Below are positions 29,192 to 38,552 of a stretch of DNA of 49,988 bases, piece after piece; the first letter of the stretch is position 1; each line of letters starts with the position of its first letter. Under the pieces are notes generated by a model. The model had not been told where the DNA came from, did no database searches, and saw only the letters and a program-made list of their open reading frames with translations. The position numbers and the translations under genes were made by a program. Source of the stretch: Candidatus Omnitrophota bacterium (lineage in GTDB: Bacteria; Omnitrophota; Gorgyraeia; Gorgyraeales; Gorgyraeaceae); the NCBI GenBank assembly GCA_026387235.1, contig JAPLMD010000066.1, positions 1 through 49,988 of the forward strand, given 5' to 3'.

Positions 29192-29272
29192 GCCCTTCGC
29201 CGGCTAAAATGCTCGCTACTCGCTCGCATTTTTTTGACGCTGGCTCAGGATCAAATTTGTTTCACAAATTTG
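29192..29272 (-). repeat. Family-A palindromic element
   Basis: GCCCTTCG-[CCGGCTAAAATGCTCGC..GCTCGCATTTT..GCTGG]-CTCAGGAT-CAAATTTGT-TTC-ACAAATTTG. Confidence 0.85.
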
Positions 29273-29279
29273 GGAGGAT

Positions 29280-29735
29280 ATGATGATAAAAATTCTGGTT
29301 ATACACGGGCCCAATCTGAACCTGCTCGGCAAAAGGGAACCGGGGATTTACGGTAAGGTTACTATCGAAGGCATTAATAAAAAATTAAATGCAATTGCGA
29401 AAAAGAAAAAAATAACCCTTGAGATTTTTCAATCAAACCACGAAGGCGAAATTGTGGATAAAATAGGTAAGGCAAAAGATAAGCATGAAGCGCTCCTTAT
29501 AAATCCTGCTGCATACACTCATACCAGCGTTGCCATAAGAGATGCCATATTAGCTACGAATATCCCCACTGTAGAGGTTCATCTCTCTAATATTTATGCG
29601 AGAGAGGATTTTAGGCATAATTCATTGATCGCTTCTGTTGCAAAAGGCCAGATATCCGGATTCGGCGTTGATAGTTACTTATACGGCCTTGACGCCGCCA
29701 TTAATCTGGCAAGAAAATCAATTTCTCTGACCTGA
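29280..29735 (+). CDS. aroQ: Type II 3-dehydroquinate dehydratase
   Basis: [46 protein letters not shown]. Confidence 0.97.
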   Translation: MMIKILVIHGPNLNLLGKREPGIYGKVTIEGINKKLNAIAKKKKITLEIFQSNHEGEIVDKIGKAKDKHEALLINPAAYTHTSVAIRDAILATNIPTVEVHLSNIYAREDFRHNSLIASVAKGQISGFGVDSYLYGLDAAINLARKSISLT

Positions 29736-29790
29736 AAGCCAGGGAAATTGACACTGAGCGCCGCCATTGTTTCTATGGCGGGCGAATGTA
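29718..29790 (+). repeat. Degenerate family-A-like element overlapping the aroQ stop
   Basis: TCAATTTCTCTG/CAGGGAAATTGA hairpin, then CACT-GA-GC-[GCCGCCAT..ATGGCGG]-GC-GA-ATGT. Confidence 0.65.
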
Positions 29791-29798
29791 TAACCCCT

Positions 29799-30881
29799 AT
29801 GAGCTATACCGCCAGACAAAGAAAACTTACAGCGTATCTGAAAAAGGAATCCATAGATGCTTTTCTGGTAAGAAAAAAAGAGAACATATCGTATCTTACA
29901 GGCGCCAGAGGCGAAGATGCTGTCCTTTTTGTCTCCGCGGGGAATATTATATTAATAACGGATTCGAGATACGAAGAAGAGTATAAGAAAAATGCGGGGA
30001 AATGTTCTGTCAGGATCGCCGGAAACAAAAATCTTCTTGAAATTATATCTGAAACTTGCGCTGAAACCGGTTCGAAGTTCATAGGATTTGAGGCTGATAA
30101 TTTTTCTTATCAGGCATACGCAAACTTAAAAAAACGCCTTGGCGGTAGAAAATTAATTCCCCTAATGGCCGCCGTAGAAGATTTGAGAATAATAAAAGAT
30201 AAGAGCGAAATCCGGTATATAAGGCAGGCCTGTAAATATGGAGTCCGGTTGATGAACTACGCGGTTAAGGCCGCAAAGCCCGGCATCAGCGAAAATAGCG
30301 TAAAGCGCGTGATAGAGGCTTATGCCTTAGAGAATAATATCGATCTGGCAAGTTTTGATATAATAGTAGCCTCAGGCGTTAACGCATCAATGCCGCATGC
30401 AGCTGCGACAGAAAGGCGTATAAAAAAACAAGAAATGGTTACAATAGACTTAGGGGCTATGTATTTTAGCTATAATTCCGACTTGACAAGGACGGTTTTC
30501 TTGGGTAGAATTAATCATAATTATTCGCATGCATATGACATAGTTCTGGCTAGCCAAGCAATAGCTATAGAAAGCTTAAAGCCAGGCGTTTATGCAAAAG
30601 ATGTAGATGCTGTTTCCCGCCAGTATATATCAGATAGAGGGATGGGAAGCTTTTTCCTTCACAGCCTGGGCCATGGCATAGGCCGAGAAACCCACGAAAT
30701 CCCGGCTATTTCCCAAAGCAGCAAAATAAAGCTGGAAAAGGGCATGGTTATTACTATTGAGCCCGGGATTTATATTCCAGGCTGGGGCGGGATAAGAATA
30801 GAAGATACAGTGCTTATTACAGAAAACGGCTGCGAAGTATTGACAAAAGGAGCAGTGAAATATGCAGGCAGGAATCAATGA
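29799..30881 (+). CDS. Xaa-Pro aminopeptidase (M24B)
   Basis: MPH, IDLG..YNSDLTRT, HSLGHGIG..HE, TIEPGIY, GIRIED; classic aroQ-pepP-efp-accBC context. Confidence 0.93.
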   Translation: MSYTARQRKLTAYLKKESIDAFLVRKKENISYLTGARGEDAVLFVSAGNIILITDSRYEEEYKKNAGKCSVRIAGNKNLLEIISETCAETGSKFIGFEADNFSYQAYANLKKRLGGRKLIPLMAAVEDLRIIKDKSEIRYIRQACKYGVRLMNYAVKAAKPGISENSVKRVIEAYALENNIDLASFDIIVASGVNASMPHAAATERRIKKQEMVTIDLGAMYFSYNSDLTRTVFLGRINHNYSHAYDIVLASQAIAIESLKPGVYAKDVDAVSRQYISDRGMGSFFLHSLGHGIGRETHEIPAISQSSKIKLEKGMVITIEPGIYIPGWGGIRIEDTVLITENGCEVLTKGAVKYAGRNQ

Positions 30882-31419
30882 TATAAAGAATGGGCTGAGC
30901 ATAGAGCTGGACGGAGCGGTTTATTACGTAGTGAGTTATGAAAATGTAAAGCCAGGCAAAGGCAGCGCATTTGTCCGCACAAAATTAAGGAATATAAAAA
31001 CAGGCGCAATATTGGAGCGCACTTTCAGAAATGAAAAGATAGAAACAGCCGAAATAGACAAAAGAACATACCAGTATTTATACACGTCCGGAGACATATA
31101 TGAATTCATGGACCATGATACGTACGATCAGATAGCCCTTCACCGCGATCAGGTAGGAGAGGTAGTAAATTACCTTAAAGAAAACCTAGAAGCGACAGCT
31201 CTTATTTATAAAGATCAGGTACTTACGCTTGAACCGCCTATGTTTATAGATTTAAAAATAGTAGAAACCGAACCTGGCATCAGAGGCGACACGTCCAAAT
31301 CCGGCAATAAGCCCGCAAAAACAGAAACGGGTTTTGTCGTATCAGTGCCTTTGTTTATAAGTGAAGGAGATGTGGTGCGCATAGATACGAGAACTAAAAA
31401 TTACGCAGGCAGGGTATAA
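30862..31419 (+). CDS. efp: Elongation factor P
   Basis: VKPGKGSAFVR, PGIRGDT, KPAKTETG, VPLFI..GD..IDTR. Confidence 0.97.
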   Translation: MQAGINDIKNGLSIELDGAVYYVVSYENVKPGKGSAFVRTKLRNIKTGAILERTFRNEKIETAEIDKRTYQYLYTSGDIYEFMDHDTYDQIALHRDQVGEVVNYLKENLEATALIYKDQVLTLEPPMFIDLKIVETEPGIRGDTSKSGNKPAKTETGFVVSVPLFISEGDVVRIDTRTKNYAGRV

Positions 31420-31430
31420 GGAGACCTAAC

Positions 31431-31883
31431 ATGAATCTAAAAGAGATCAAAGAATTAATCACGCTTATGAATGAGAATGAGATTATGGAACTAGAGGTTG
31501 AAAGAGAAGGGATGAAAGTTAGGCTCAAAAAATCATCCTCCGGCAACATAGAGACTATTACGGAAAAACATATTGCGCCAAAGGTTGTTCAGGTCATGAG
31601 TGTGGATGAAAAAATCAGCGAACCCGTAAAGCAAGAATCAAACTTTACGGCGATAAAGGCGCCCATGGTAGGCACTTTTTACAGGTCAGCTAGCCCTGAA
31701 GCAAAGCCTTACGCAGAAATAGGCCAGACTGTAGTGGTCGGGCAAGTCGTATGTATTATTGAAGCAATGAAGCGGATGAATGAAATAAAATCAGAGGTCA
31801 AAGGCAAGGTCGTTGAGGTGCTTGTGGAAAATGCCAGGTCTGTTGAATATGGCCAACCGCTGTTTAAAGTGGAGCCTGCATAA
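31431..31883 (+). CDS. accB: Acetyl-CoA carboxylase biotin carboxyl carrier protein
   Basis: APMVGTFYRS, CIIEAMKRMNEI, VEYGQPLF. Confidence 0.95.
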   Translation: MNLKEIKELITLMNENEIMELEVEREGMKVRLKKSSSGNIETITEKHIAPKVVQVMSVDEKISEPVKQESNFTAIKAPMVGTFYRSASPEAKPYAEIGQTVVVGQVVCIIEAMKRMNEIKSEVKGKVVEVLVENARSVEYGQPLFKVEPA

Positions 31884-31885
31884 AG

Positions 31886-33235
31886 ATGTTTTCTAAAATA
31901 TTAATTGCCAATCGCGGCGAAGTAGCGGTAAGAATTATACGCGCCTGCAAAGAAATGGGTATAAAGACAGTTGCCGTGTACTCAGAGGCTGACGTTGATT
32001 CTCTTCATACAAGGCTTGCTGACGAAGCTGTTTGCATAGGACCTGCGCAAAGTTCTGAAAGTTACCTGAATATCCCTGCTATTATAAGCGCTGCTGAAAT
32101 TACTGATGTAGATGCAATCCATCCGGGCTACGGATTTCTGGCAGAAAATGCGCACTTTGCGGAGATATGCGAGTCCTGCGACATAACATTTGTAGGCCCT
32201 ACCCCTGAAAATATGAGGATGATGGGCGATAAGATGACAGCCAGGCTTACCATGCAGAAAGTTGGCATACCTGTTATACCGGGCAGCCAAAGCATTATAA
32301 AAACAAAAGAAGAAGCAGTAAAGACAGCCAAAAGATTAAAGTATCCTGTAATAATAAAGGCTTCTGCGGGCGGCGGCGGAAAAGGAATGAGGGTTTGCCA
32401 TAATGACGTAAGATTAATCAGTTCGCTCGTAACCGCTCAGCAGGAAGCAGAAGTCTCCTTCGGAAACGCAGACGTATATCTTGAGAAGTATGTTGAAAGG
32501 CCCAGGCATATAGAGGTGCAGATACTTGCCGATAAATACGGCCATATTGTATCGCTCGGAGAAAGAGACTGTACTATACAAAGACGGCATCAGAAATTAA
32601 TAGAAGAATCACCTTCTCCTGCCATAGATTCTAAATTAAGAAAAAAGGTAGGGGACATGGCGATCAAGGCTGCAAAGGCCTGTAATTATCTGAATGCCGG
32701 AACAGTAGAATTTCTTTTTGACAGAAACGAGAGCTTTTATTTTCTTGAAGTGAACACCAGGATTCAGGTAGAGCATCCTATAACAGAGATGGTGACAGGC
32801 ATAGATCTTATAAAAGAGCAGATAAAGATAGCCAGCGGAATGAAGCTTGGTTTCAAGCAGGAAGATATAAAAATAAAAGGCGTTGCTATAGAGTGCAGGA
32901 TCAACGCCGAAGATCCGGAGAAAAATTTTATGCCTTGCCCCGGAAAAGTGGAGATGTTTTTGGTTCCGGGAGGCCCAGGCGTGAGGGTGGATTCGCACGT
33001 TTATTCAGGATACAATATATCTCCGTATTACGATTCCATGATAGCCAAGCTTATATGCTATGGAAGTTCCAGGCAGGAGGCAATAAAGATAATGCAGAGA
33101 GCTCTCGATGAATTCATGATAACTCCGATAAAAACCACGATACCTTTTCATAAGCATGTAATGAGCGATACGTTATTTTTAAGAGGCGATTTTGCAACGG
33201 ACTATGTTGAAAAACTTTTAGGGACAGACGAATAA
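31886..33235 (+). CDS. accC: Biotin carboxylase
   Basis: KILIANRGE, HPGYGFLAEN, GGGGKGMR, EVNTRIQVEHP, YYDSMIAK. Confidence 0.97.
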   Translation: MFSKILIANRGEVAVRIIRACKEMGIKTVAVYSEADVDSLHTRLADEAVCIGPAQSSESYLNIPAIISAAEITDVDAIHPGYGFLAENAHFAEICESCDITFVGPTPENMRMMGDKMTARLTMQKVGIPVIPGSQSIIKTKEEAVKTAKRLKYPVIIKASAGGGGKGMRVCHNDVRLISSLVTAQQEAEVSFGNADVYLEKYVERPRHIEVQILADKYGHIVSLGERDCTIQRRHQKLIEESPSPAIDSKLRKKVGDMAIKAAKACNYLNAGTVEFLFDRNESFYFLEVNTRIQVEHPITEMVTGIDLIKEQIKIASGMKLGFKQEDIKIKGVAIECRINAEDPEKNFMPCPGKVEMFLVPGGPGVRVDSHVYSGYNISPYYDSMIAKLICYGSSRQEAIKIMQRALDEFMITPIKTTIPFHKHVMSDTLFLRGDFATDYVEKLLGTDE

Positions 33236-33254
33236 AAAAAGAGGAGAAATTATC

Positions 33255-34283
33255 ATGAAGAAAGTAGGCATATTAACAGGCGGTGGAGATTGTCCGGGAT
33301 TAAACCCGGTAATAAGAGCTGTTGTAAGGTACGCAATTCAAGAAAACTATCAAGTTGTAGGCATAAAAAACGGCTGGAAAGGCCTTGTGGAAAATGATAC
33401 CGTTGAATTAAACCTTCAATCGGTTTCAGGGATATTACCTAAAGGCGGAACCATACTGGGCACGTCAAGGACCAATCCTTACAAAAAAGAAAATGACATA
33501 AAAAACGTCAAGGAAAATTTTAAAAAGATGGGGCTTGAGGCATTGATAGCTGTAGGAGGAGAAGATACCCTTGGCATTGCGCATAAATTGTATAAAGACG
33601 GCTTTAATGTGGTTGGCGCGCCAAAGACTATAGATAATGATTTAAGCTGTACTGATGTTACGTTCGGATTTGATACTGCGATAAATATTGCGACAGATGC
33701 AATTGACAGGCTTCACACAACCGCAGAGTCGCACCATAGAATAATGGTAGTTGAAGTAATGGGAAGACATGCGGGATGGATAGCTCTTGAATCAGGGATT
33801 GCGGGCGGAGCAGATGTTATTTTGATACCGGAAATTCCTATAGATATCGATGAGGTATGCAGCCTGTTAAAGAAGAGGCATTCCAGAGGAAAAACCTTCA
33901 GCATAGTAGTGGCCGCTGAAGGCGCTCAGTTCAAAAAAGGAACAATGGTACTGCAGGAAGAAAAACTAGACGCCTTTGGCCACGTAAGATTGGGCGGCAT
34001 AGGCCAGAGGATCGGAGAGGAAATAGAAAAGAGAACAGGATACGAGACTAGGGTAACAGTTTTAGGGCATGTGCAGAGAGGCGGAACCCCTACTGCATTT
34101 GACAGGGTGCTTGGAACAAGGTTTGGAATAAAGGCTATGGACCTGGTTCTTAAAAAAGATTACGGCAAAATGGCCAGCATACAGGGAAACAAAGTAATAG
34201 CGGTTTCGCTGGAAGCCGCAGTCAGCGAGTTAAAGACCGTAGATATGGAGTTATATAACATTGCAAAGATATTTTTTGGATAA
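33255..34283 (+). CDS. pfkA: 6-phosphofructokinase (PPi-type signature residues)
   Basis: TGGGDCPGLN, GGTILGTSR, GGEDT, PKTIDND, EVMGRHAGW, LGHVQRGG. Confidence 0.93.
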   Translation: MKKVGILTGGGDCPGLNPVIRAVVRYAIQENYQVVGIKNGWKGLVENDTVELNLQSVSGILPKGGTILGTSRTNPYKKENDIKNVKENFKKMGLEALIAVGGEDTLGIAHKLYKDGFNVVGAPKTIDNDLSCTDVTFGFDTAINIATDAIDRLHTTAESHHRIMVVEVMGRHAGWIALESGIAGGADVILIPEIPIDIDEVCSLLKKRHSRGKTFSIVVAAEGAQFKKGTMVLQEEKLDAFGHVRLGGIGQRIGEEIEKRTGYETRVTVLGHVQRGGTPTAFDRVLGTRFGIKAMDLVLKKDYGKMASIQGNKVIAVSLEAAVSELKTVDMELYNIAKIFFG

Positions 34284-34301
34284 TACGAATGACAGGTAAA
34301 T

Positions 34302-34865
34302 ATGAAAAAAAAGATAGTCAGTTTGATAAAAGAAAGTATTGAGGTAAAGAATAAGCTGCTTGAAAACCAGGTTAGTGAGATTGAAAAGCTGGCAAAAGCA
34401 ATGCTTAAGACAATAAAATCAGGCCGCAAGATTTTATTGTTCGGAAACGGCGGCAGCGCCACCGATAGCATGCACATAGCGGCAGAGCTTGTAGGCAGGT
34501 TTCGCAAAGAAAGAAAAGCTCTTCCGGCCATAGCGCTTACTGCTAATGCCTCTATTCTTACCGCGCTTGGAAATGACTATAGTTTTGAATACATTTTTGA
34601 AAGGCAGGTAGAGGCCCTTGGCAATAAAGGCGACATGGCAATAGGCATATCTACGAGCGGCAGCTCTAAGAATGTTGTGGCCGGCATACTAAAGGCATCT
34701 GAGATGGGGCTCAAGACAGCTGCGTTAACAGGAAACAAAATCGGAGAGCTTTCTAAGATATCGGATTTATGCATAAGAGTGCCTTCTCTCAATACCCCCA
34801 GGATACAGGAAGCTCATATTACAATAGGGCATATTGTGTGCGAGCTTATAGAAGATGCTTTTTAA
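34302..34865 (+). CDS. gmhA: D-sedoheptulose 7-phosphate isomerase
   Basis: GNGGSATDSMHIAAE, GNDYS, ISTSGSS, RIQEAH. Confidence 0.95.
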   Translation: MKKKIVSLIKESIEVKNKLLENQVSEIEKLAKAMLKTIKSGRKILLFGNGGSATDSMHIAAELVGRFRKERKALPAIALTANASILTALGNDYSFEYIFERQVEALGNKGDMAIGISTSGSSKNVVAGILKASEMGLKTAALTGNKIGELSKISDLCIRVPSLNTPRIQEAHITIGHIVCELIEDAF

Positions 34866-35331
34866 TAAGATAAAAACCCTTCCTAAGGCAGTAGCCGCCA
34901 TAAGAGAACTGCAAAAAAATAATAAAAAGATTGTATTCACAAATGGCTGCTTTGATATTCTGCACGCGGGCCATGTAAGCTATCTTTCAAAGGCAAAATC
35001 TCTGGGAGACGTCCTGGTTATAGGGCTTAATAGCGACGGTTCAGTGAAAAAAATAAAGGGAAAATCAAGGCCTGTAGTATCGCAAAAAAACAGGGCCTTA
35101 TTGCTTGCGGCATTGGAGGCAGTGGATTTTGTAGTAATATTTAATGAATTAACTCCTGTGAAGCTTATAAAAGCAATCAAGCCGGACGTGCTTGTTAAGG
35201 GCGGGGATTGGAAAAAAGAAAAGATAGCGGGAGCTGAGTTCGTGGAATCATACGGCGGCAAAGTCAAAAGTCTCTCGTATGTAAAAGGGCTTTCTACCCG
35301 AGGATTAATAGCCAAGATTCAAACAAGTTGA
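34855..35331 (+). CDS. rfaE2: D-glycero-beta-D-manno-heptose 1-phosphate adenylyltransferase
   Basis: FTNGCFDILHAGH, GLNSD, KGKSRP, PDVLVKGGDW. Confidence 0.93.
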   Translation: MLFNKIKTLPKAVAAIRELQKNNKKIVFTNGCFDILHAGHVSYLSKAKSLGDVLVIGLNSDGSVKKIKGKSRPVVSQKNRALLLAALEAVDFVVIFNELTPVKLIKAIKPDVLVKGGDWKKEKIAGAEFVESYGGKVKSLSYVKGLSTRGLIAKIQTS

Positions 35332-35337
35332 CAGGTT

Positions 35338-35775
35338 ATGATTGAAAATAAGTTATTGCGGATCATAGACGCAAATTTAAACAGGACGCGCGAGGGGTTA
35401 AGGGTTTGTGAGGATATAGCCAGATTTTCATTGCGGAATAGAGGCGCTACAAAAACCTTAAAAGCAATAAGGCATGGCGCGACAAACCTGGTGCTGAAAT
35501 CAAAAAAGATATCGCTGGCCGAACTTTTGTCCAATAGAGACGTAGCCAAAGATAAAACAAAATTTATAGATTTGACGCCCGGCTTGGAAATAGAAATTTC
35601 AGACATTTTTATGTCTAACATAGAACGCGTCAAAGAGTCTTTAAGAGTTCTGGAAGAGTGTTTTAAAATAATAGACGAAAAAATAAGCCGGGGATATAGA
35701 AAGCTCAGGTTCGATACCTATGATGCTGAAAAAAGAATTGTTAAAAAAGCCGGGCTTATATCTTGTAACAGATAG
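35338..35775 (+). CDS. ThiD2-family protein (N-terminal domain of cyanobacterial-type ThiE)
   Basis: RIIDANLNRTREGLRVCEDIARF, RD, RVKESLRVLEE, RFDTY. Confidence 0.85.
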   Translation: MIENKLLRIIDANLNRTREGLRVCEDIARFSLRNRGATKTLKAIRHGATNLVLKSKKISLAELLSNRDVAKDKTKFIDLTPGLEIEISDIFMSNIERVKESLRVLEECFKIIDEKISRGYRKLRFDTYDAEKRIVKKAGLISCNR

Positions 35776-36349
35776 CGGTGTACTCAAAGGCAAGAATTTA
35801 TTTGACGCATTGTCCGGTTCCCTGAAAGCAGGGTTGGATATGGTTCAGTTTAGGGATAAAGAAGCGAGCGACGCAGATTTTTTTAAAACAGGCCTCAAGA
35901 TAAAAGGCCTGCTGAAAAATAAAGCCCTTTTTATAATAAATGACAGGGTTCACATGGCTCTTGCATTGGATGCCGACGGCGTGCATTTGGGCCCCACGGA
36001 TATGCCGATAGAAATAGCCAGAAAGATTCTCGGCAAGAAAAAGATAATAGGATTCTCATCCAGATCTCTGAAAGAAGCTATGGAAGCGCAAAAACAGGCT
36101 GTAGATTATATTGCCATAGGCGCTATTTTTAAGACCCCTGTAAAACCGGATTACAAGGCAGTAGGATTAGGAACATTGAAGCAGGCTGCAAAAAAGATAA
36201 AAATCCCTATCATAGCGATAGGTGGGATAAATAAGGCGAATATAAAAGAAGTTGCGGCAACCGGAGTAAAAAGAATAGCCGTCGTGCGGGCCATACTTAA
36301 AGCCAAAAATCATTATTCAGCTACAAGAAATTTATTGGAAAGAGTTTAA
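35720..36349 (+). CDS. thiE: Thiamine-phosphate synthase
   Basis: LYLVTD, QFRDK, IINDR, ADGVHLG, DYIAIG..TPVK, AIGGI. Confidence 0.93.
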   Translation: MMLKKELLKKPGLYLVTDSGVLKGKNLFDALSGSLKAGLDMVQFRDKEASDADFFKTGLKIKGLLKNKALFIINDRVHMALALDADGVHLGPTDMPIEIARKILGKKKIIGFSSRSLKEAMEAQKQAVDYIAIGAIFKTPVKPDYKAVGLGTLKQAAKKIKIPIIAIGGINKANIKEVAATGVKRIAVVRAILKAKNHYSATRNLLERV

Positions 36350-36350
36350 A

Positions 36351-37628
36351 ATGACCCAGGTAGAACTTGCAAAATCCAACAAGACCTCTCCCCAGATGCA
36401 GTATGTCTCAAAAAATGAAGGCATGCTTTTGGAGTTATTAAAAACCCGCATAAAAGAAGGAAAGATCGTCCTAATAAAAAATTCAAAAAGAAAAATAAAT
36501 CCATGCGCAGTAGGCGAAGGGCTTCGCGTAAAAGTAAATGCTAACGTAGGCACGTCCAAAGATAGTTTTAGTATCTATAAAGAACTCAGAAAGATGGATG
36601 TCGCAATAAAATTCGGGGCAGACGCTGTGATGGATCTGAGCACAGGAGGAGACATAAAGAAGATACGCAGGTTAATTCTGAAGAATTCAACAGTTCCGGT
36701 AGGCACTGTCCCCATATACGAGATAGCTATCATGGCAGCGAAAAAAAGAGGCCATATCTCCCGCATAAATCCGCAGGATATCCTTGAAATCCTTGAAGCC
36801 CAGGCGTCGGAAGGCGTGGATTTTTTTACCATTCATAGCGGCATAACGCAGAGCGTCATAGAAAGACTTAAAAAACAGAAACGGCTTATAAATATAGTTT
36901 CAAGAGGAGGTTCTTTTCTTGCGGAGTGGATGATTGTTAATAAAAAAGAAAACCCTTTTTATGAATATTTTGATGACATACTCAAGATTGCAAAAAAATA
37001 TGACGTAACTCTGAGCCTGGGAGACGGTTTAAGGCCGGGCTCGATAGTCGATGCTACTGATAGGCCTCAGATACAAGAACTTATTATGTTAGGGGAGCTT
37101 GCTGACAGGGCCAGGAAAAGCAACGTCCAGGTCATAATAGAAGGCCCGGGACATGTGCCATTAGATCAAATAGAATCAAATATGATTCTGCAGAAAAGAT
37201 TATGCGGCAATGCGCCTTTCTACGTTCTCGGCCCGATAGTTACAGACATAGCCCCCGGATATGACCACATAACAGGAGCCATAGGAGGCGCCCTGGCTGC
37301 TTTTTACGGCGCGGATTTCTTATGTTATGTAACGCCCTCGGAACACCTCAGGATACCTGACGAGGAAGATGTAAAAAACGGCGTCATAGCCTCCAGGATA
37401 GCAGGCCACGCAGCTGATATAGCAAAACGAATACCCGGCGCTCTGAACTGGGACAAGGCCATGTCAGAACTAAGGGTAAAAAGAGACTGGAAAGGTCAGA
37501 TCAAAAAATCCATAGACCCTATTAAAGCAGCAAAATACAGAAAATCTTCTATATCCATAAATAAGGACTTCTGCACAATGTGCAGCGATTATTGTTCTAT
37601 GAAAACTATGGAACAATACTTCAAATAA
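36351..37628 (+). CDS. thiC: Phosphomethylpyrimidine synthase
   Basis: KVNANVGTS, MDLSTGG, GTVPIY, SRGGS, LGDGLRPG, EGPGH, GYDHI, CTMC..YC. Confidence 0.96.
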   Translation: MTQVELAKSNKTSPQMQYVSKNEGMLLELLKTRIKEGKIVLIKNSKRKINPCAVGEGLRVKVNANVGTSKDSFSIYKELRKMDVAIKFGADAVMDLSTGGDIKKIRRLILKNSTVPVGTVPIYEIAIMAAKKRGHISRINPQDILEILEAQASEGVDFFTIHSGITQSVIERLKKQKRLINIVSRGGSFLAEWMIVNKKENPFYEYFDDILKIAKKYDVTLSLGDGLRPGSIVDATDRPQIQELIMLGELADRARKSNVQVIIEGPGHVPLDQIESNMILQKRLCGNAPFYVLGPIVTDIAPGYDHITGAIGGALAAFYGADFLCYVTPSEHLRIPDEEDVKNGVIASRIAGHAADIAKRIPGALNWDKAMSELRVKRDWKGQIKKSIDPIKAAKYRKSSISINKDFCTMCSDYCSMKTMEQYFK

Positions 37629-37637
37629 AAGGAGACC

Positions 37638-38540
37638 ATGAGAGAGATACTTGTTATAGGTTCAGTAGCGCTTGATACAATCGCGTCCCCTTCAGGATAT
37701 TCAAAGGAAATACTGGGCGGGTCTGCGACTTATTTTTCAATAAGCGCTAGTTTTTTTGCGCCTGTAAACTTAGTTGCGACCATAGGCATGGATTTTCCTG
37801 AAAAATACAAGAAAACCATGAAATCTTTTGGCTTAGATTTAGAAGGGCTTGAAGTAAAAGAAGGTAAAACTTTCCGATGGGAAGGGTCTTACGTAAAAGA
37901 CTTGAATTGCGCGGAGACCATTGAAACGCAGCTAAATGTATTTGCAGAGTTTAAGCCCTGTCTTCCAAAAAGATATGAAAAAAGTAAATATATTTTTCTC
38001 GCGAATATAGACCCAGACCTTCAGATATTCATACTTAAAAAATTTGCCGGTAAAAGATTTATAGGCTGCGATTCCATGAACCACTGGATTAAAAATAAAA
38101 ACAGGTCTCTTAAAAACATGATAAAGAAAACTTCTATAATATTTCTTAATGATACAGAAGCAAAGATGCTTTCCGGAGAATCTAATATGCTGAAAGCCGG
38201 CAAATACCTTCTTTCGATGGGGCCTGAATTTGCAGTTGTTAAAAGAGGCGAATACGGAGCGATACTATTCTCTAAAAATTTTACATTCATGGTACCTGCG
38301 TATCTTCTAGAAGATGTTAAAGACCCTACGGGCGCAGGGGATACGTTCGCAGGCGGATTTATGGGATATCTGGCAAAGATGGATAAGATAAGCGAAAAGA
38401 ATATAAAAAATGCCCTTCTGTGGGGCAGCGTGATGGCTTCTTTTACGGTCCAGGACTTCAGCATAAACAGATTTCTGAAATTGAATAAAAGAGACGTAGA
38501 GAAAAGGCATAAAAAATTCAAACAGCTGATAAGTATTTAA
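37638..38540 (+). CDS. PfkB family carbohydrate kinase
   Basis: GSVALD, GGSATY, KRGEYG, DPTGAGDTFAGG. Confidence 0.93.
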   Translation: MREILVIGSVALDTIASPSGYSKEILGGSATYFSISASFFAPVNLVATIGMDFPEKYKKTMKSFGLDLEGLEVKEGKTFRWEGSYVKDLNCAETIETQLNVFAEFKPCLPKRYEKSKYIFLANIDPDLQIFILKKFAGKRFIGCDSMNHWIKNKNRSLKNMIKKTSIIFLNDTEAKMLSGESNMLKAGKYLLSMGPEFAVVKRGEYGAILFSKNFTFMVPAYLLEDVKDPTGAGDTFAGGFMGYLAKMDKISEKNIKNALLWGSVMASFTVQDFSINRFLKLNKRDVEKRHKKFKQLISI

Positions 38541-38552
38541 ATTTTGAGTGTT

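Noticed and set aside
29748-29794. Promoter TTGACA...TATAAC before pepP
   Set aside because: The spacing is about 35 bp and both hexamers coincide with the palindromic element, so it is not supportable as a promoter.
35300-36351. TPP riboswitch for thiD2-thiE-thiC
   Set aside because: There is no intergenic space and no aptamer consensus; the genes are embedded in a long operon.
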